From Priapulus caudatus (Eukaryota), in contig NW_014577062.1 of the NCBI RefSeq assembly GCF_000485595.1, forward strand, positions 950,012-1,014,011: a DNA stretch of 64,000 nucleotides. The letters run 5' to 3'. Within the stretch, counting starts at the first letter, position 1. Every line of letters begins with the position of its first letter. A model generated the notes under the pieces. It ran no database searches. It was not told the DNA's origin and saw nothing but the letters and a program-made list of their open reading frames with translations. A program made the position numbers and the translations under genes. Shown here one piece after another: positions 1 to 14,900 of this stretch.

Positions 1-766
1 GTGTGTGTGTGTGTGTGTGTTTGTGCGTATGCGTGTGCGTGTGTGTTATAAGAATATAAATTGCTACAGACTTTATTACATTTCGCGGTTTAAGCCGTCA
101 TATCGCGTAATTTCACGTAATTTCGCGACATATCGCGTTATTTAATTAATTAATTTAAAATTAATTAGCATTTTCATTTAATTTAAGATAATTTAATAAC
201 AAATTAACTTTAATTTAATAAAAAAATCATTTTATTTTATTCTATGTATGATGATTTTGAGTCATTTCACGTCATTTCGCGGTTTAGGAGGCCGTCATTT
301 TGTGTCATTTCGCGGTTTAGGAGGCCGTCATTTTGTGTCATTTTGCAGCATTTCGCATCATTTCGCGGTTTAGTAGATCCCCTAATCTTGTACACGTACT
401 TTAGTGGATACACAAAACTTTTTAAATATGACCATGCAGATTGAGTAGAAGTGGAGTACGCAGGTGTAGACGATAATCGAGGTGGTCGTGCCTGTAATCA
501 CAAGTAAACAATGTCACCGTCTTTAACTAATTTGTTATCAAAACTGTTACACACAAGAACTCGCAAGTTCTTTATATAGTATACTGCAAATGCAATGAAT
601 GTGAACCCGTACACTATAGTGTACTATTAGTAATTTGTAGAATGCAACTGCACGTAAAATTGGCATACAGAACATATGAAAAATTATGATATTTGTATTA
701 TTCTGCCAATAACCAAAACTGACGCGTTGCTAGTAGTAGTAGTAGTAGTAGTAGCTCCTGGCGTAC

Positions 767-883
767 CGTTTCGTGCCACTCTTGTTGCCATTCTGTATGC
801 TCAAGCAACTCATACAGCACTGTTTCTTCGTCATCATATGTTTCTAGTGTTTCTTGATGTTGATGTTTCACTGGCTGTGCCAT
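767..883 (-). CDS. NBAS: NBAS (neuroblastoma-amplified sequence), first coding exon; the gene continues off the left edge
   Basis: The 39-codon exon MAQPVKHQHQETLETYDDEETVLYELLEHTEWQQEWHET ends at a GT donor (gtacgc). DEETVLYELLEHTEW matches the recalled human NBAS N-terminus EEETILYDLLVNTEW. A probable 5'UTR exon donor (gtaagt, minus strand) lies at ~1086. Confidence 0.8.
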
Positions 884-1099
884 GGCGATGCAGACTCAAG
901 TGATACCGCAAATCTGCCTGTGCCGTGGCATATATATTTATTCAAAATATATCAAATATTGTTGACTTCACTCGGCCATAGACTGAGTATAACAACTACA
1001 ACTAAAACAAACTAAGATACAAACACATAATGGACGTGGCTTAGAGAACTAAGTTGTTACTGTTAGAGACAGAACAACAGACTTACATACAGTAGGGAT

Positions 1100-1309
1100 A
1101 CATCTGTGACAAAACTGTTAGGCAGCCAGGTTCCGGTTCCGGTTTCGGTGGCTGCGCGATCGAAGCGCCATGGTTTCGGCCAATCAATGCGCACCAATGG
1201 CTGCCCCCTCATGCCAAAGAAGTTGGTAGATTTGGCATATTTGGCGTTATAATATATTAGTAATAGTAGTGACTAGTCAGTGGCATATTTGGCGTTATAA
1301 TATGATATA
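1100..1309. promoter_or_regulatory. Putative bidirectional promoter between NBAS and TTC37
   Basis: The ATGs diverge at 883 (-) and 1310 (+). A CpG-containing patch holds tandem ETS-like CCGGAA motifs on the minus strand (ttccggttccgg, ~1131-1142) and two CCAAT boxes (~1180, ~1194). Confidence 0.6.
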
Positions 1310-4300
1310 ATGGACCCAAAAGAGATAAAGAATGCATTAAAAGATGCACGTGAGGCAATACGCATTAAAAACTTTAAAGAGGCTTTGAAGCATTGCAAGG
1401 TGTGGTTGGTGATTTCTGATTGATTATACTTATATTATTATTAATTATTATTATTACTAATAGTAATACTATAACTATAACTATAACTTAAGTATAAGTT
1501 ATATTTAATATAACTATAAGTATAACTATAACTTATAAGTACAAGTTATACAGTTATAGTTATAGTACTAAGTATACTTATAAATATAACTTATATTTAT
1601 AAGTTATAGTTATAGTAATACTAATACTAATAGTTATAGTTATAGAGTAGATATCGATGTAGATAATAGATATAGATCTAGATATATATTATATATATAT
1701 ATAGTTATAGATATAATTAATCATATTGCCATAAATTTGTATACATCATTACACGTACTACTACTACTAGTACTACTAGTGATAGTAGTATTACTATTAG
1801 TATTACTAATTACCTCCGCCAAGGGGTTGGCAGGAGGTTATGTTTTAATTAGTAATTTAATTACTATACTATACTAGTATTAAGTACTAGTAGTAGTACT
1901 ACTACTAGTACTAGTACTATGACTATGACTATGAGTAGTAGTAGCTCTACAGCGTACAGGTGTGGCCTCTTCAAAGGGTGATACTCCATTAGGAGTGTTC
2001 CCAACTTTAAGGCCAAGACACACTGCAGTGACAGCGACCGACCGTAACGACAAACGCCAAAGTCGCGACGACTGGCGCAGCCACACTGCAGCGACAACGA
2101 CCGACCGTAACGACAAACGACAACAGTCGCGGCGACTGGCGCAGCCACACTGCAGCGACAACGACCGACCGTAACGACAAAGTTCACCCAGCACTCACCA
2201 CAGCGCCACGCCAGTGGCACACATGAGCAAACGGCAAAAAACTCCTGCTGCTGCTTTTAAATAAATTGCTGTAAAAATGCTCTATGTATAACGATAATAT
2301 AATAAAGTAATATATACGCAGCATATTATACGAACGTACACAATAATCACGTCTGATGGCTGACCGTAGCCTTGCACGTTTTGGTTAGATGGGTTCGCGG
2401 CCCCACTGTTTTTGACAGGCGGTACGAGTTTAGCGCTGGGAACCAGTCTACTTCCTGGCTAGCATTGGTTTATAAATTTATGACGTAATGGCCATGTCAC
2501 GTGCCGATGGAAACGGCTGTGATTGGCCATTTGTAAAGTGTCGCCGGCGAAAGTCGCTGGAAAATAGAAACTTTTCTAAATATTTTTGTTGTCGAGGTGG
2601 TCGTCGTCGCATCAGTGTGCAATGGCTCATTACATAGGAAGCAATAGTAAATACATAGGAAGCAATATCTAATTTTCTGAAAAGTCGTTTGTCGTTACGA
2701 TCGGTCGTTGTCGCTGCAGTGTGTCTTGGCCTTTAATGTCATTAATGGTCATAATAACACATATATATATATATATGGTCATATATTAGTTTGTGGTTTA
2801 ATGTCATTTAGGTTAGGGTTAGGGTTAGGATTGTCAATCATTAATCATTAATGATATCAAAGTTGGGAACACTCCTAATGTAGCTATATACTCTCGATAT
2901 AATAGGAAACACTTCTGTGTAACCGCCAGAGCGAAGCGGCTATAATGACAATCACATTGTTACGTACAGTCTTACCGGCGTTACAGCTAATACTAATTTA
3001 ATTGTAATTAACCATTACTGCTACTAATAATAATACTAACTATATTATATAATGTGCTAACAGTAACAGTATGTTATACCGTAATTATATATACAGTGGT
3101 AGACGTGATTGGTAAAGGTGGCGAAGGTGGCGAATGTGGCGAATGCCAGAGGTATAGCCCTGTATGTATTATATATATATAATATTATATATATTAGTGA
3201 TGTCCCGATGATCGATTATAAGTGAAAAATCGATCGATTAATAGTCTCAAATTCGATAATCGATTATGAAAACAAATAATCGATTATCAGAAATACAAAA
3301 AATAAAAAAATAAATTACCAAATCGCAACATGGACATGTATTGGTACGAAGTAGAAGTGCATCAGTGTGTAGTCCAGAGGACACCTATGAGTGTGATTGC
3401 AGAGCGGTACTAGTGTACTTATAGACATGGACAAATTGGACAGTGTCTTTGTTTTGGTTTGACACTGTCCCACAGATGTTATCCGTGATGAGATTCTTAC
3501 TCTCCGTATTGTTTGTTACATTATGTGGAGAAAGATATTCCATTGGCATGACATTAACTCGGCGCTACACAGCCTCCACTATTAGAAACCACAAACAACT
3601 TACTTACTATAATAAAAACAAGTCTTGATGCATGTTGTTTAAAAACTTTTAATGTTTTAATAAAAGGCATTTAAACATTTCTTTTTAAATTGATTAAATA
3701 CTGTATAGGAAGCAGACATTGATATACATAACAGCAACCTTCACAGAGTTAATACATGATCATAAAACATGATAATATTGAATGCTATGTATAATTGTAT
3801 ATACAAAGCAGGGCCCTCGCTACCCCACTCGCCAATTCGCCAATGGCGAACAAATTAGTAATCTGGCGATTGAAGTCTTATTTGGGCGAAAAAAGTGACG
3901 AAGGTAATTTTCTCCGTAATAAACATGACCAGCATAGCAACATCGATCCTATTTGATCGTCGAAACAGGCAGCGTTTCTTTTTGCATGCCGGCACACGTC
4001 TCCTGTTGTCCATTCCGATTGGCAGCTTTTTCCTCAATTCCGGAAAGTTGGCTGTCGCTCATTCATACCAGCGCGGTGCCCACCCCTACATATACAGCAT
4101 AACCACACACAGCGAACTGTAACAATCAGTGCATCCCCCCCCCCGTACTTCAATCAATGCGCCCAGCCAGCAAGCACGTGCACGATGTGCACAGCCACTG
4201 ACGGTGGGTAACCAGGGGTGTCGCGGGCGCTGCTTTTTTCATTTTTTTTTTTGGGCGTGCATGCGTGAGAATGCGTAGGGCATGCGGGAGCGGCGGGAGA

Positions 4301-7300
4301 ATGGGTCCAGATGCGTGAGTCTCCCGCGGAAATGAGCAGCGTGAGACTTAGTAGGTCTGCTAAACAGAGTAAGATTTAAACTAAAGGGTGAGATTTTATT
4401 TTCGGGGGTGCATCAAATGCAGTCTAAGACATTCAAATGTTTTAAAATTTTGCTGGGGGAGACCCCCAGACCTCCTCTACCTCTCTCACCCGCGGTCCTG
4501 CCTGCAGAATCCACATTCGTGCCTACTGCACGCCTTTGAATCCATCATGTGCGTTTTCCCCACAAACTGGCATTACCACCGTTGTCAAATTTTCCCTCAG
4601 AAAAACCACATGCGTCTAACACGAGGAATTGCTCCGACCAGTGATTGGAGGATAAAAAAGACCGCGCCCACTCATCGCCGCATACGCTATGCTATGACGG
4701 GTAGGACCGTGTACTAACTATCATATGGAGCGAAACGATTTGAGTTACATTTCTATAAATTCTAGCTATTATAGACACATGTCCTAGCCTTAATCTCTGT
4801 GGGAATTTTGAGTCTAAATTGAAGCGCGATTAGTCTAATTAATTAGCAAAATAGCACGCGCGGCTATGACCAGTGAAAACGAAACGTCACGAATTCTATT
4901 TTATCCTCCAAAAATGGAAAAGTGGGCGGGGTCTATTTTTATCCTCCAATCACAGGTCGGAGCAATTCCTCTGTTTAGACGCATGTATCTCTGGTGTTTA
5001 AAAAAGGGCCTGTCTCCACACGGCATGGCACGGCACGGCAACGACGCTGGCAAAAGTCAAACGATTTTTACTACTCGTGTGCGTGCACGTGTGTGTGGCG
5101 TGCGGTGCGTGCGTGTGCGTTGCGTGTATGTGTGTGTTTGTGTGTGTACTGTGTGTGAGGTACTGTAAAAAATAGTAAAACCTGATAAGTACTAACTGGG
5201 AATATAGTCACTTTTATGAGCAGCTATTTTGGGTTCAATAGCATCCGAAGTTACAAAAGTAAGTAGAGTATATGCATGTGCTGTGAAAACTCTTCTGTAA
5301 ACTATTAGTATTGCTGTAAATAACTATAGTGTGTGTATAGTACTGTCTATACTGTAGCTGCGGCGTGCGTGCGTGCGTACGTGCGTGCGCGTGCGTGCGT
5401 CAGTACTGTAAAAAGTAGCTGTTTGTGACCACCTATTCATCCACACCAGTTGATGTGGAGAGGGTTTTAGCAGACATAATTTGGTTAAAACAGCTCTGAA
5501 GAATATAACCTGAAAACAGAGCTGTTTGTGACATTCTAACGCATCAAATTGAAGCCCAGAAGAAGAGATGTTTGACTTTAAAAAGTCTTATGTCCAGTGG
5601 TGTGCCAAAAAAGATAAGAGAATTTTCCTGCCAGCAGTGGAAGAAAAAAATTCAGACAATTTTGAATGTCTCCTGTCAGTCAGTCAGAGTCATGGTGGTG
5701 AATCATAGTGTTAGTGTCTCAGTGATAGACAGGTGGGGAATAATAGTTTGTGTGGCAATTAAATAAGTGTAGTCTTGTACTTGCAGCATATAAAAAGTTT
5801 TGTGAAAAATAAAGAAAAGAAAAATTATTTATCGCCTTTTTGTGTTCAGAAAATGTTAGGCTACAGATGTGGCTAACAGGAATCCAAATTGGCTAATGGA
5901 AATTGATTCTGGCTAATTGTTTGGCTACAGGAACAAAAATCTTAGCTAGGGCCCTGCAAAGTAAGATTAAATTAAATCTATGCTATTATTAACCGATTAT
6001 CCGATTATAATCGATTATCGATCGGTTAAGGGAAACCGACAATCGATTATGAAATTCCAGCCGATTCCCATCACTAATATATATATATTTTTTCAGGGTT
6101 CTCTAAGGGCACTTATAGCCTGGCGGCCCGCCAGGCTATTGTCGAGCCCCGCCATCCTAAAATGCACCCGCCACGCTAAATATCATAGCCGCCATGCTGC
6201 TGTATACATAAGAAGTTAATAATACAACAATTAAATCCCACACACAAGTACAAACAGTCACCCTATCCCTATCCCTAACCCTAACACTAACTGTAAACCG
6301 ACTCGGCTATTTTATATGTACGCGTGTTATAGTACCAAAATTAATCTATGGTGTATAACCTTTTGCTTTCAATATTTTGCATCTGAACTGACAATCAATC
6401 CCAACCAACTGGTGCAGGCTAGCTGGCACAATAATGTTTATTTTTAGCTCACCTTGACATCGTCAAGCTGAGCTATTGCCATGGGTCGTCGTCCGTCATA
6501 CGTCCGTCCGGTTAGCTCACCTTGACATCGTCAAGCTGAGCTATTGCCATGGGTCGTCGTACGTCCGTCTGTTCGTCCGTCTGTCCGTCAACATTTGGCT
6601 ACGGTCAATGATAACTCAGGAACTGTTTGACCCACATGTTTGAAATTGGGTATGGTTGTTACTGCTATGCTCCCATATTAAACGTCCTATTTTGGAGCAC
6701 GCCAGTCGATGCACTTTCGAGCCACGGCAATTTTTTGCCAAAAATGGGAATTGCCATAAGTCGGTTCAGGTTCAACAGATTTTGCTCATTTTTGGTATGT
6801 GAATGAATAAGGGCTAGGGGTTTTGATATTTAAAAAAAAAATTGTGCAAATTAGGTAGGGTTTAGCTATTATATAGCATATTATATAGACACGCAGATAA
6901 CAAACAGTTTGTGGTGTCACACTCGTCTGGTTCGTTTTACAAGATTTCATTGACAATATCTTTAATGCAAAATTCCTGCTATGAACATATTATGATTTAA
7001 TACTATTATTATGATATTATTATTATTATGATATAATGATTTATGCTAAGAAACATCAAAGCGGGTATAGCGCCATCTACTGTCAAATTGTGATTCATTT
7101 TGGTTTATAAATTATTTATAATTCATATATATATTATTTATTATTTTCACATGGAGTTCTCCCATATATACTCTTTGTTTCTATAATGTACGTCGATGGT
7201 TGCTCAATTAAAACTGACTTCTTCTCACTCACTCATCTGTGTCCTTTTTTGTGGTGAGCTACAGTGTCATTGACACTTTCATCATAGTTCAAATCCGAGT

Positions 7301-8943
7301 GTTTTCTAGCTCATCAAGAAATAATTATTTTGAATTTTCTGATAGCTTTGCCCATGCAAAACAAACATTTTTATCTCACATGCAGTGCTTCAAATTTACA
7401 CACAGAGTGTCCCAGATTGCATCTCAGAGATTCTACAATTCAAAATTTTTGCGTGTGGCCGTGCCCCCGGAACCCCCTAGCAGTGAGTAGCACCACCATG
7501 CTATAATTCAAAAGCTTGGAGAACCCTGATTATATATATATAATATATAATATATATGTATATATCAGTGTTCGAAATAAGGAAAAAATGTTGCTTGTCC
7601 GACGGACAAGCTACAAGATATTTTTGCTTGTCCTGCAAAATTTTTGCTTGTCCTGATTAATAACATAGAAATATAGTAAGTGTGCAATACATTGTTAAAA
7701 TCAAATTAAATTTTAGACCCAATGTCTTACTTTGTAATTTTAATACAGTTCACTAACAGTTAAAAATAGGCACCAAACTTGAAAGAACATAAAAGATTAA
7801 AGAAGGACAATTATTTATTTTAAGTGATTACTTGTCTTAACAAAGTTGAAGCTTCAAAGTTTTATAATAACAATACATAATACCAGGAGCGTATAATGAC
7901 AAAGGAGTAAGACAGCGATTTGGTACTGATTTCACTACATTTTGTCGTACGAGTTAGATGTGAATAAAAATACAAATGTATACAAACATGACTTCTTTTG
8001 TTCACTGGTCCTTATTCTATCTTCCGGTAGTATTACAAACCGCGTAGCTTACTTCGTTTTGACATAATTCGTACTTTTGCACGACATGGTTTTCACGTTA
8101 GTTACCGTCGTGTGGCGATGCAAAGCCCGAAATTCGCACACACAGCTACTTGAAGGAGGCACGGCAGGGATCGCCTCAGGCAGCGCCAGCGGCAACTGTA
8201 CGCGGGCTAGAGCTAACGGTTGCTATGCAATTAATGCAAAACACATGTGCGAAAAGCTACAATCGGCTGGAGCGTCGGTTTACTCATAACGATTCATGCA
8301 CATCATTCTTCCGCGGGTGAAGTAGTTCAGATATTTTACCAGCGCAACGTTTATTTAAAAAAAACTGCGGGATTCAACCATAAAAACAAGGCATTCTAAC
8401 TATAGTTTAAATGTAAAATAGTTTTAATTTTTAAACCCAGCATTGGTGCAACGTAACTTAATTTCTAGGCGAATTTTCTGCACTCGACTAGGCTATGGCC
8501 GAAAAGCCCTGGCGCGCCTCCTTCAACTAGCTGTGTGTGCGAATTTCGGGCTTTGCATCGCCACACGACGGTAACTAACGTGAAAACCATGTCGTGCAAA
8601 AGTACGAATTATGTCAAAACGAAGTAAGCTACGCAGTTTGTAATACTACCGGAAGATAGAATAAGGACCAGTGAACAAAAGAAGTCATGTTTGTATACAT
8701 TTGTATTTTTATTCACATCGAACTCGTACGACAAAATGTAGTGAAATCAGTACATTGACAGTCATACAGTCACCCTGACCAGCTATGGTAGAAAATGATG
8801 AAAAATTGCTCTAAAATGTTGCTCTAAAACTCTGCTTGTCCAGCGGACAAGCTACTGGACAAGTCTACTTGTCCTCCATGGAAATGGACAAGTGAGGACA
8901 AACGGATATCCCTTATTTCGAACACTGTATATATATATATAGA

Positions 8944-8997
<54 letters not shown>

Positions 8998-11900
8998 CAG
9001 GAGAGAAATAAATAAAAAATAAAATAAATTAATATAAATATATCAATAAATTATTTAAATAGTATAATATATGATGGATAAGAGAACCACAGGAATACAA
9101 AATAATATAGTGATCACGTCTTGTACAAATGTCTCTAGGTTGTGCAGATATGATTTATCTGAGTACCGGTACCATATGCACATCCCAATTCATAAAAGCA
9201 TCATGTATTATATGATTTCTGACCAGCCTTACACATATTTGCTGGTATATATGTCAATACCAGATTAGACGTCTTACCAGGCCATCTCATTAAAACCAAC
9301 AATGTTACTGTATCTCAATGAATGTAGTTGGTCCATAATCGGAATATTTCCATTCCAGCTAGTCATCAAAGCAGATAAGAATAACTACAATGCGTGGGTG
9401 TTTATCGGTGTAGCAGCTGCAGAGCTTGACCAGCCAGAGCAAGCTGAAGCTGCTTATCGGCGAGCTATCGACAATGCACCTGAACAGATCCTTGCATGGC
9501 AGGTATATTACATGTAGCAGTTGCAGTCTTTTCTAGCTAGGTGTGATCACCTTGGGTGGAACTAATTTTAAAGCCATTTATATGATTAAAGAGGGATGGA
9601 TTTAGTAAATCATTGCTTATTTTCGTCGTAGCATGCACACTTATCTGCTTATGGAGTTACGCTGTGAATTTATGAGGTCAATTGTTAAAATTAGGACAAT
9701 ATTGCGGTCAAATTTAAAATTTTCAAGCTTTCTCTGTCAGATTTCTAGTACTATATCCTCTATGCTCCCCGTTATAAATCTGTACCCTATTTTGTAGGTC
9801 GAAGATATAGCTATTATTAATTAGCATTTTAGTAATAATCCAAAACACATTTTTATAGGGCCTGTGTGGATTTTATGAGAAAGGTGGTGACACTTACCTG
9901 ACAAAACTAGTGGATGTGTATGGGAAATTGAAGCAGATGTACAATGAAACTGATAACAGTAAGATGGCTGCTATTGAAGACAAATTAACCCTCTTACACA
10001 TAGAGCTTGGAAACATTAATGAGGTAAACCATACTGTAAATTCTTTGCTGTATATAATTTAATTAAATCTCAAATCAATCAATTTCCAGTTATCTTAATG
10101 CAATGTAGCATTCCAAAGTTTTGCATTTTGTGGGCTATATTGAACATGTTCAATGTATGTTTTTTTTATTCAGGCTATAAAAACATGGGAATGTATGAAA
10201 TTAACAACTCCAAGCAATATGGAGGACAGAGTATCTGGAGTGACAAAGAAACTTGCCCAATATCTAGTACAACAGAAATCACTTTCTGTGGGCCATTCTG
10301 AATTTGTAAGTGATATTGGTTTGTTGAGAGTTTGAGAATGAGTTCAGATTAAGAGTTGAGATATGATGTTATGGAAATTATGGATGTTACATGAGTAAGA
10401 TAGTAGACTCTATTGCCATACTCTTGGAGTTGGCATTGATCATCTCAACTGCTATTTGTAATTTATTCAAATCATGACATTTTACTCATCTAGGTGTTTT
10501 ATATTTCCTCTAGTTGTGTCATTTACTTGAATACCTACTCAAAAGTTTGGCTGCACCAAGTGATGACCACAAACAGATAAATGAAAGTTTCTTACAGCTC
10601 ATTGCCAATGTAAGTTTTTCGGACACAGTGTAAAAAGCATATTGATATATTATTTTATCATCTAAATAACATTGAAACCGCAGAAGGTGGTGTGCACGTG
10701 TATCCTTATCAAACATAATAAATGACGTGATAGAAATTGATTTACACAAGTGGACACATGTAGCTGTGACCAGTTAAGCTTTGTGCATGTGTGTAGGTTA
10801 GCAGCTCAAACCCCTTTTGATGCTCTCATGCTTGACTTTTATGTGTTACATATTTTAGTATAAAGGTCACCTGATGCACTTTTTTGAAAAATCTTACAGT
10901 ACATTGTAAACAACCTGCAAAATATGTAAACTTATGTCATATATGATGTGTCTATAAAGACTTAACATATTATTTCTACAGTGTTTACCATAGCTAAATG
11001 CCAAATTTCAAATATCACAGGGTGTAATATCTGGAGCATCCAAATGGTGTTACTAGTTAAAACAAAATTGAGTCAAACCTGTTTACACCTGTGTTCGTGT
11101 GCTTCTAAATGAGTGCAGATAAAAAGTGTAGATTGTTTATATGGAATAATGCATTTGTACTCACTTTACAGAGTGATAGCGAGACTGCCATTGTGATGAA
11201 AGAGTGCAAGAATATGTTGAATATGTATCCAGATGCACAGACTCCTTTGAAAATCCTTTGCCGGGTCATTTTAAAGAAATCTGTAGGTATGCAGAAAAAT
11301 ATAGGCTGCATATTATCTGCTGCCTTTTTAAAATGTTTACTTGGAAATAATAAATCAAATATCAAAGTTTAATGTTATGTACCTCAGAATATGTGCTTTA
11401 TTGAAAAGCAGGTAATGCAGCTATCGATCGACATTATAAAGAATAATATAACAGTAATTGATTTTAACAGAAGAGACTATTGCGATTGAGGAAGCAGAAT
11501 CAGTAGCAGCAAGATTGGATATACTACAGCCGCCATCTGGACTGAGTGCCATCATTAATGGTGTTATCAAAATGAAAAGACAGGACTATTTGAATGCACT
11601 TGAACTTTTACAAATAGGTATTAAAATGGAAAATAGTTCATGTTATACAAATGTGATTCAATAAGTTAAAAAAATTATTAGTTTACATGTATCATGAAGG
11701 AAATACACAACTTCAGTACAAAGAGATGTAAAACATATATGCTTTTAAATATATGTAGTTGCTATTATTTCGTTATTACCCATACACTGTTTTCACTGTC
11801 AACTGGTAAAAGTATTCAGGGTGTTTGCAGGTATTGGACGCTCTGCAGAATGTATAGAGGGTTGGCTATACTTGAGTAAAGTAAACCGCAAGCTCTACCG

Positions 11901-14900
11901 TGTAGAAGAAGCACAACAAGCTGCTGCAAAAGGCAAGTAAGAAATTATAAAATAACTTATTTAAATAGCCCACAAACATGTTTAAATTCGTGATTGTGTA
12001 GGGTGCATATGAGTTATGTAAGCAATCATTGTATCAGTTAATCATGCAGATTTGGTATGATATTTAAAATCAAGAGCAGATAAAGAAGGATAGAATAAAG
12101 AAAATCTTTAATAAGAAAATCTAAGGATAGAAGGATCTAAAAAATCTAGAAAATCTAAAATATCTAGAAAATCTAAGGATAGAATAAAGAAAATCTTTAA
12201 TAAAGAAGCAGATAATCCGTACAGTTTTGAATAAATTATTGCAGGAAGTGACATGTCAGAATTATTACACAGGAATACAGCTTGTTCAAGAAGTGCAGAC
12301 CCGTGAGTGCAAAAAACTGCTACAAGCCCTTAGGTTGGTACTGGCCGAGTCACTTGCTTTGCAACGAGGAGTGCAGCTGAGTAAAGCTGAGGAAATTTAT
12401 ACAGAGGTATGAGATCCAGCAATTGTGGCCAGTATACACAGTTGACACTCATCAGTGTTCCACCAATCGGTAATGAGATTTTAGTTAATTGCATCTATTT
12501 ATGCGAGTTTTTTTCCCATTCAGTGCATAAAGATGGATGGAGCCAATGCCAATATCAAGATTAAGTTAGGTTATGTGCTACTACAGCAGGGTAAGGTTGA
12601 GCAAGCCATGGAACTTGGAACGGAGTGCATGCCTGGCTTACCAGCTCCTGCTCTGGCTCTCATTGGCTGGGTGCATTTACAAAAAGAACAGTTAGAAGAA
12701 GCCGAACAAAGGTACAGGTGATTTAACAAGATATTTAATGAGGGCATAGTACAGTACGTTTATGTATTTCAATATGCCATACATGGCACCTAATATTACT
12801 TTGATATACTTATAGAATGCTCTCCCTGTCTTTTGATTGTATTAGAAGCCATCATATTTAAGGTTACAACATCTAGGAAGACGTTCATTTTCATGAGTTC
12901 CAGGAGATCAGTTTGTAGTGACTATAGAATTAACAGTCAGTATCTGTGTTATTGGGCTGCTCTAGGTTTAATATTCTTCATTTGTATATATAGTGTACAG
13001 CAAGCCCTGGAAGAAGATGATAACTGTGCTTGGTATAATCATCAAATGGGTATTATACATTGGAAAAGAAGAGAAGAGAGAAGTGAGAAGAGTTTTGCAC
13101 TGTTTCTTAAGGTATTGATTGCAACGTCGAGTTTCAACTAAAATAGATATTAGAGGTGTTAATTAATCCAGATGTGTTTTTGTGCTGTGCATGTTTATTC
13201 ATCATATTTATATTTGTATTTTATTAAATTATTGCCCAGAATCTATTTTCTTTATGTGTTTATATAGGCAGCCAAACTTGATCCATACTTTTATGGCAAT
13301 TTTCTCTACCTGGGACATTTTTATGCTGAAGTGGTAAAAGACTTGAATAAAGCAAGACGCTGTTATCAGAAAGCTTATGACCTGAATAAGCAGAGTGAAG
13401 ATGCTGCCATTGCTCTGAGTGATACCTACAGGCGTAGTGGAGAACATGTAAGAATGTTTTGTTAGCTTACTATATTATATGAGCATATATTTTTTACACC
13501 ACTGTGTTAAAATTAGAGAAACGTGTATATCACTATATGATCTCATTATCAAGTCAGTTTGGTTTTCAGGAAGCCAATTTGAACTTATTGAAGGCAGTCA
13601 CTGGTAATTTGTCTCCAGTCAACTGCAAGTGGGCATGGCTAAGACTAGGTCTGGCTTACCTAGACACTGGAAACAGTACTGCAGCCGTCACATCCTTCCA
13701 GGCTGCACTGCGTACAAATCCCACTGACTTGTATGTATCACATTTATCCGTACCAGTGTACTTCTAATATACTTGTTATTGTCATCATATTGTACAGAGG
13801 TGTGCAATAACTAATATGGGTGTCTCTTTGTTGTTTAAATTTAATTTAGTTGTTTTTTTCTTTTCACAGTCATTGCTGGGAGTGCCTGGGAGATGCTTAT
13901 ACATCGAGAGGCAGTCACACTGCGGCTATGAAAGCTTATAGTAGAGCGCTAGAGTTAAGTCCTGACTCTGTCTATTGTATGTATCAGGTAAGCAAGTACA
14001 AAGAAATGTGTTTGAGTATTATTATTGTGTTTATTTTCCGTGACATCATTGGCATTCTTGTACTCTACATGTTATATAAAATTTGTCAGTAATTTTGCAC
14101 TCAAAATATCAATCACAACAACTTGTTACAACTTGTAAATATTAGCCGCTGTGCTGATAATCGATTAAATATAAGGAATTATTGATGATAAAAAGCCACA
14201 TCTCATATTATTATTCTGCATGAATGATATGGACTAAACCAAACAATAAAAGGTTATTCATTCGCTTGTCTTGTCTGCTGGTGAAACTCTGCTTCTTTCA
14301 ATCCCAACACCAGGTGGCGTCTATCAAGCAGATTGTTGGCCTCTACGCGGATGCCATATCGGAGTACAAGCTCCTTCTGCAGCAGTTTCCAGACTACGTC
14401 CCTGCGATGAGGGGCTTTGCTGAAGCCAGTCTCCTGCAGGCGCGAGCGTGGCTGCAGCAGTACTTTCATGGCAGGGTACTGCGTGTGTGTCAGGACATCA
14501 TTGACGTGCTCACCATGGCTGTCAACCTGAAGCCGGGCTTCAGTTGTCTGTGGAAACTGATGGCGGATGCCTGCATGCTTATGCGACAGTTACCAGCAGA
14601 TGTCGTCGATGTTGTCGTGCCAGCTCAGCTGCTGCGCGCCGGTGACAGCAAGTTGGGCCAGACACTCTCTGTGGGAAAAGCCGACATCTTGTCGCTTGCC
14701 TCGAAGTAAGTGTTCCACTGTGGTATTTCGTATTTAGGCACATTGCATGTGGTCGCAAATTTCGCTTAGTCGTGAAAGGGTTGAAGACTAATTTCAGTGA
14801 AAGATGTATACTGTAATTGTATAATTGTATTATATTCGTATGTGCAGGTGCTACGGCAGGGCACTGAGATTGCTCCCTGATTGCTGCAGCCTATGGCAGG

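Noticed and set aside
1232..1303. Direct repeat tggcatatttggcgttataatat in the TTC37 5' region
   Set aside because: A small local duplication with no evidence of function.
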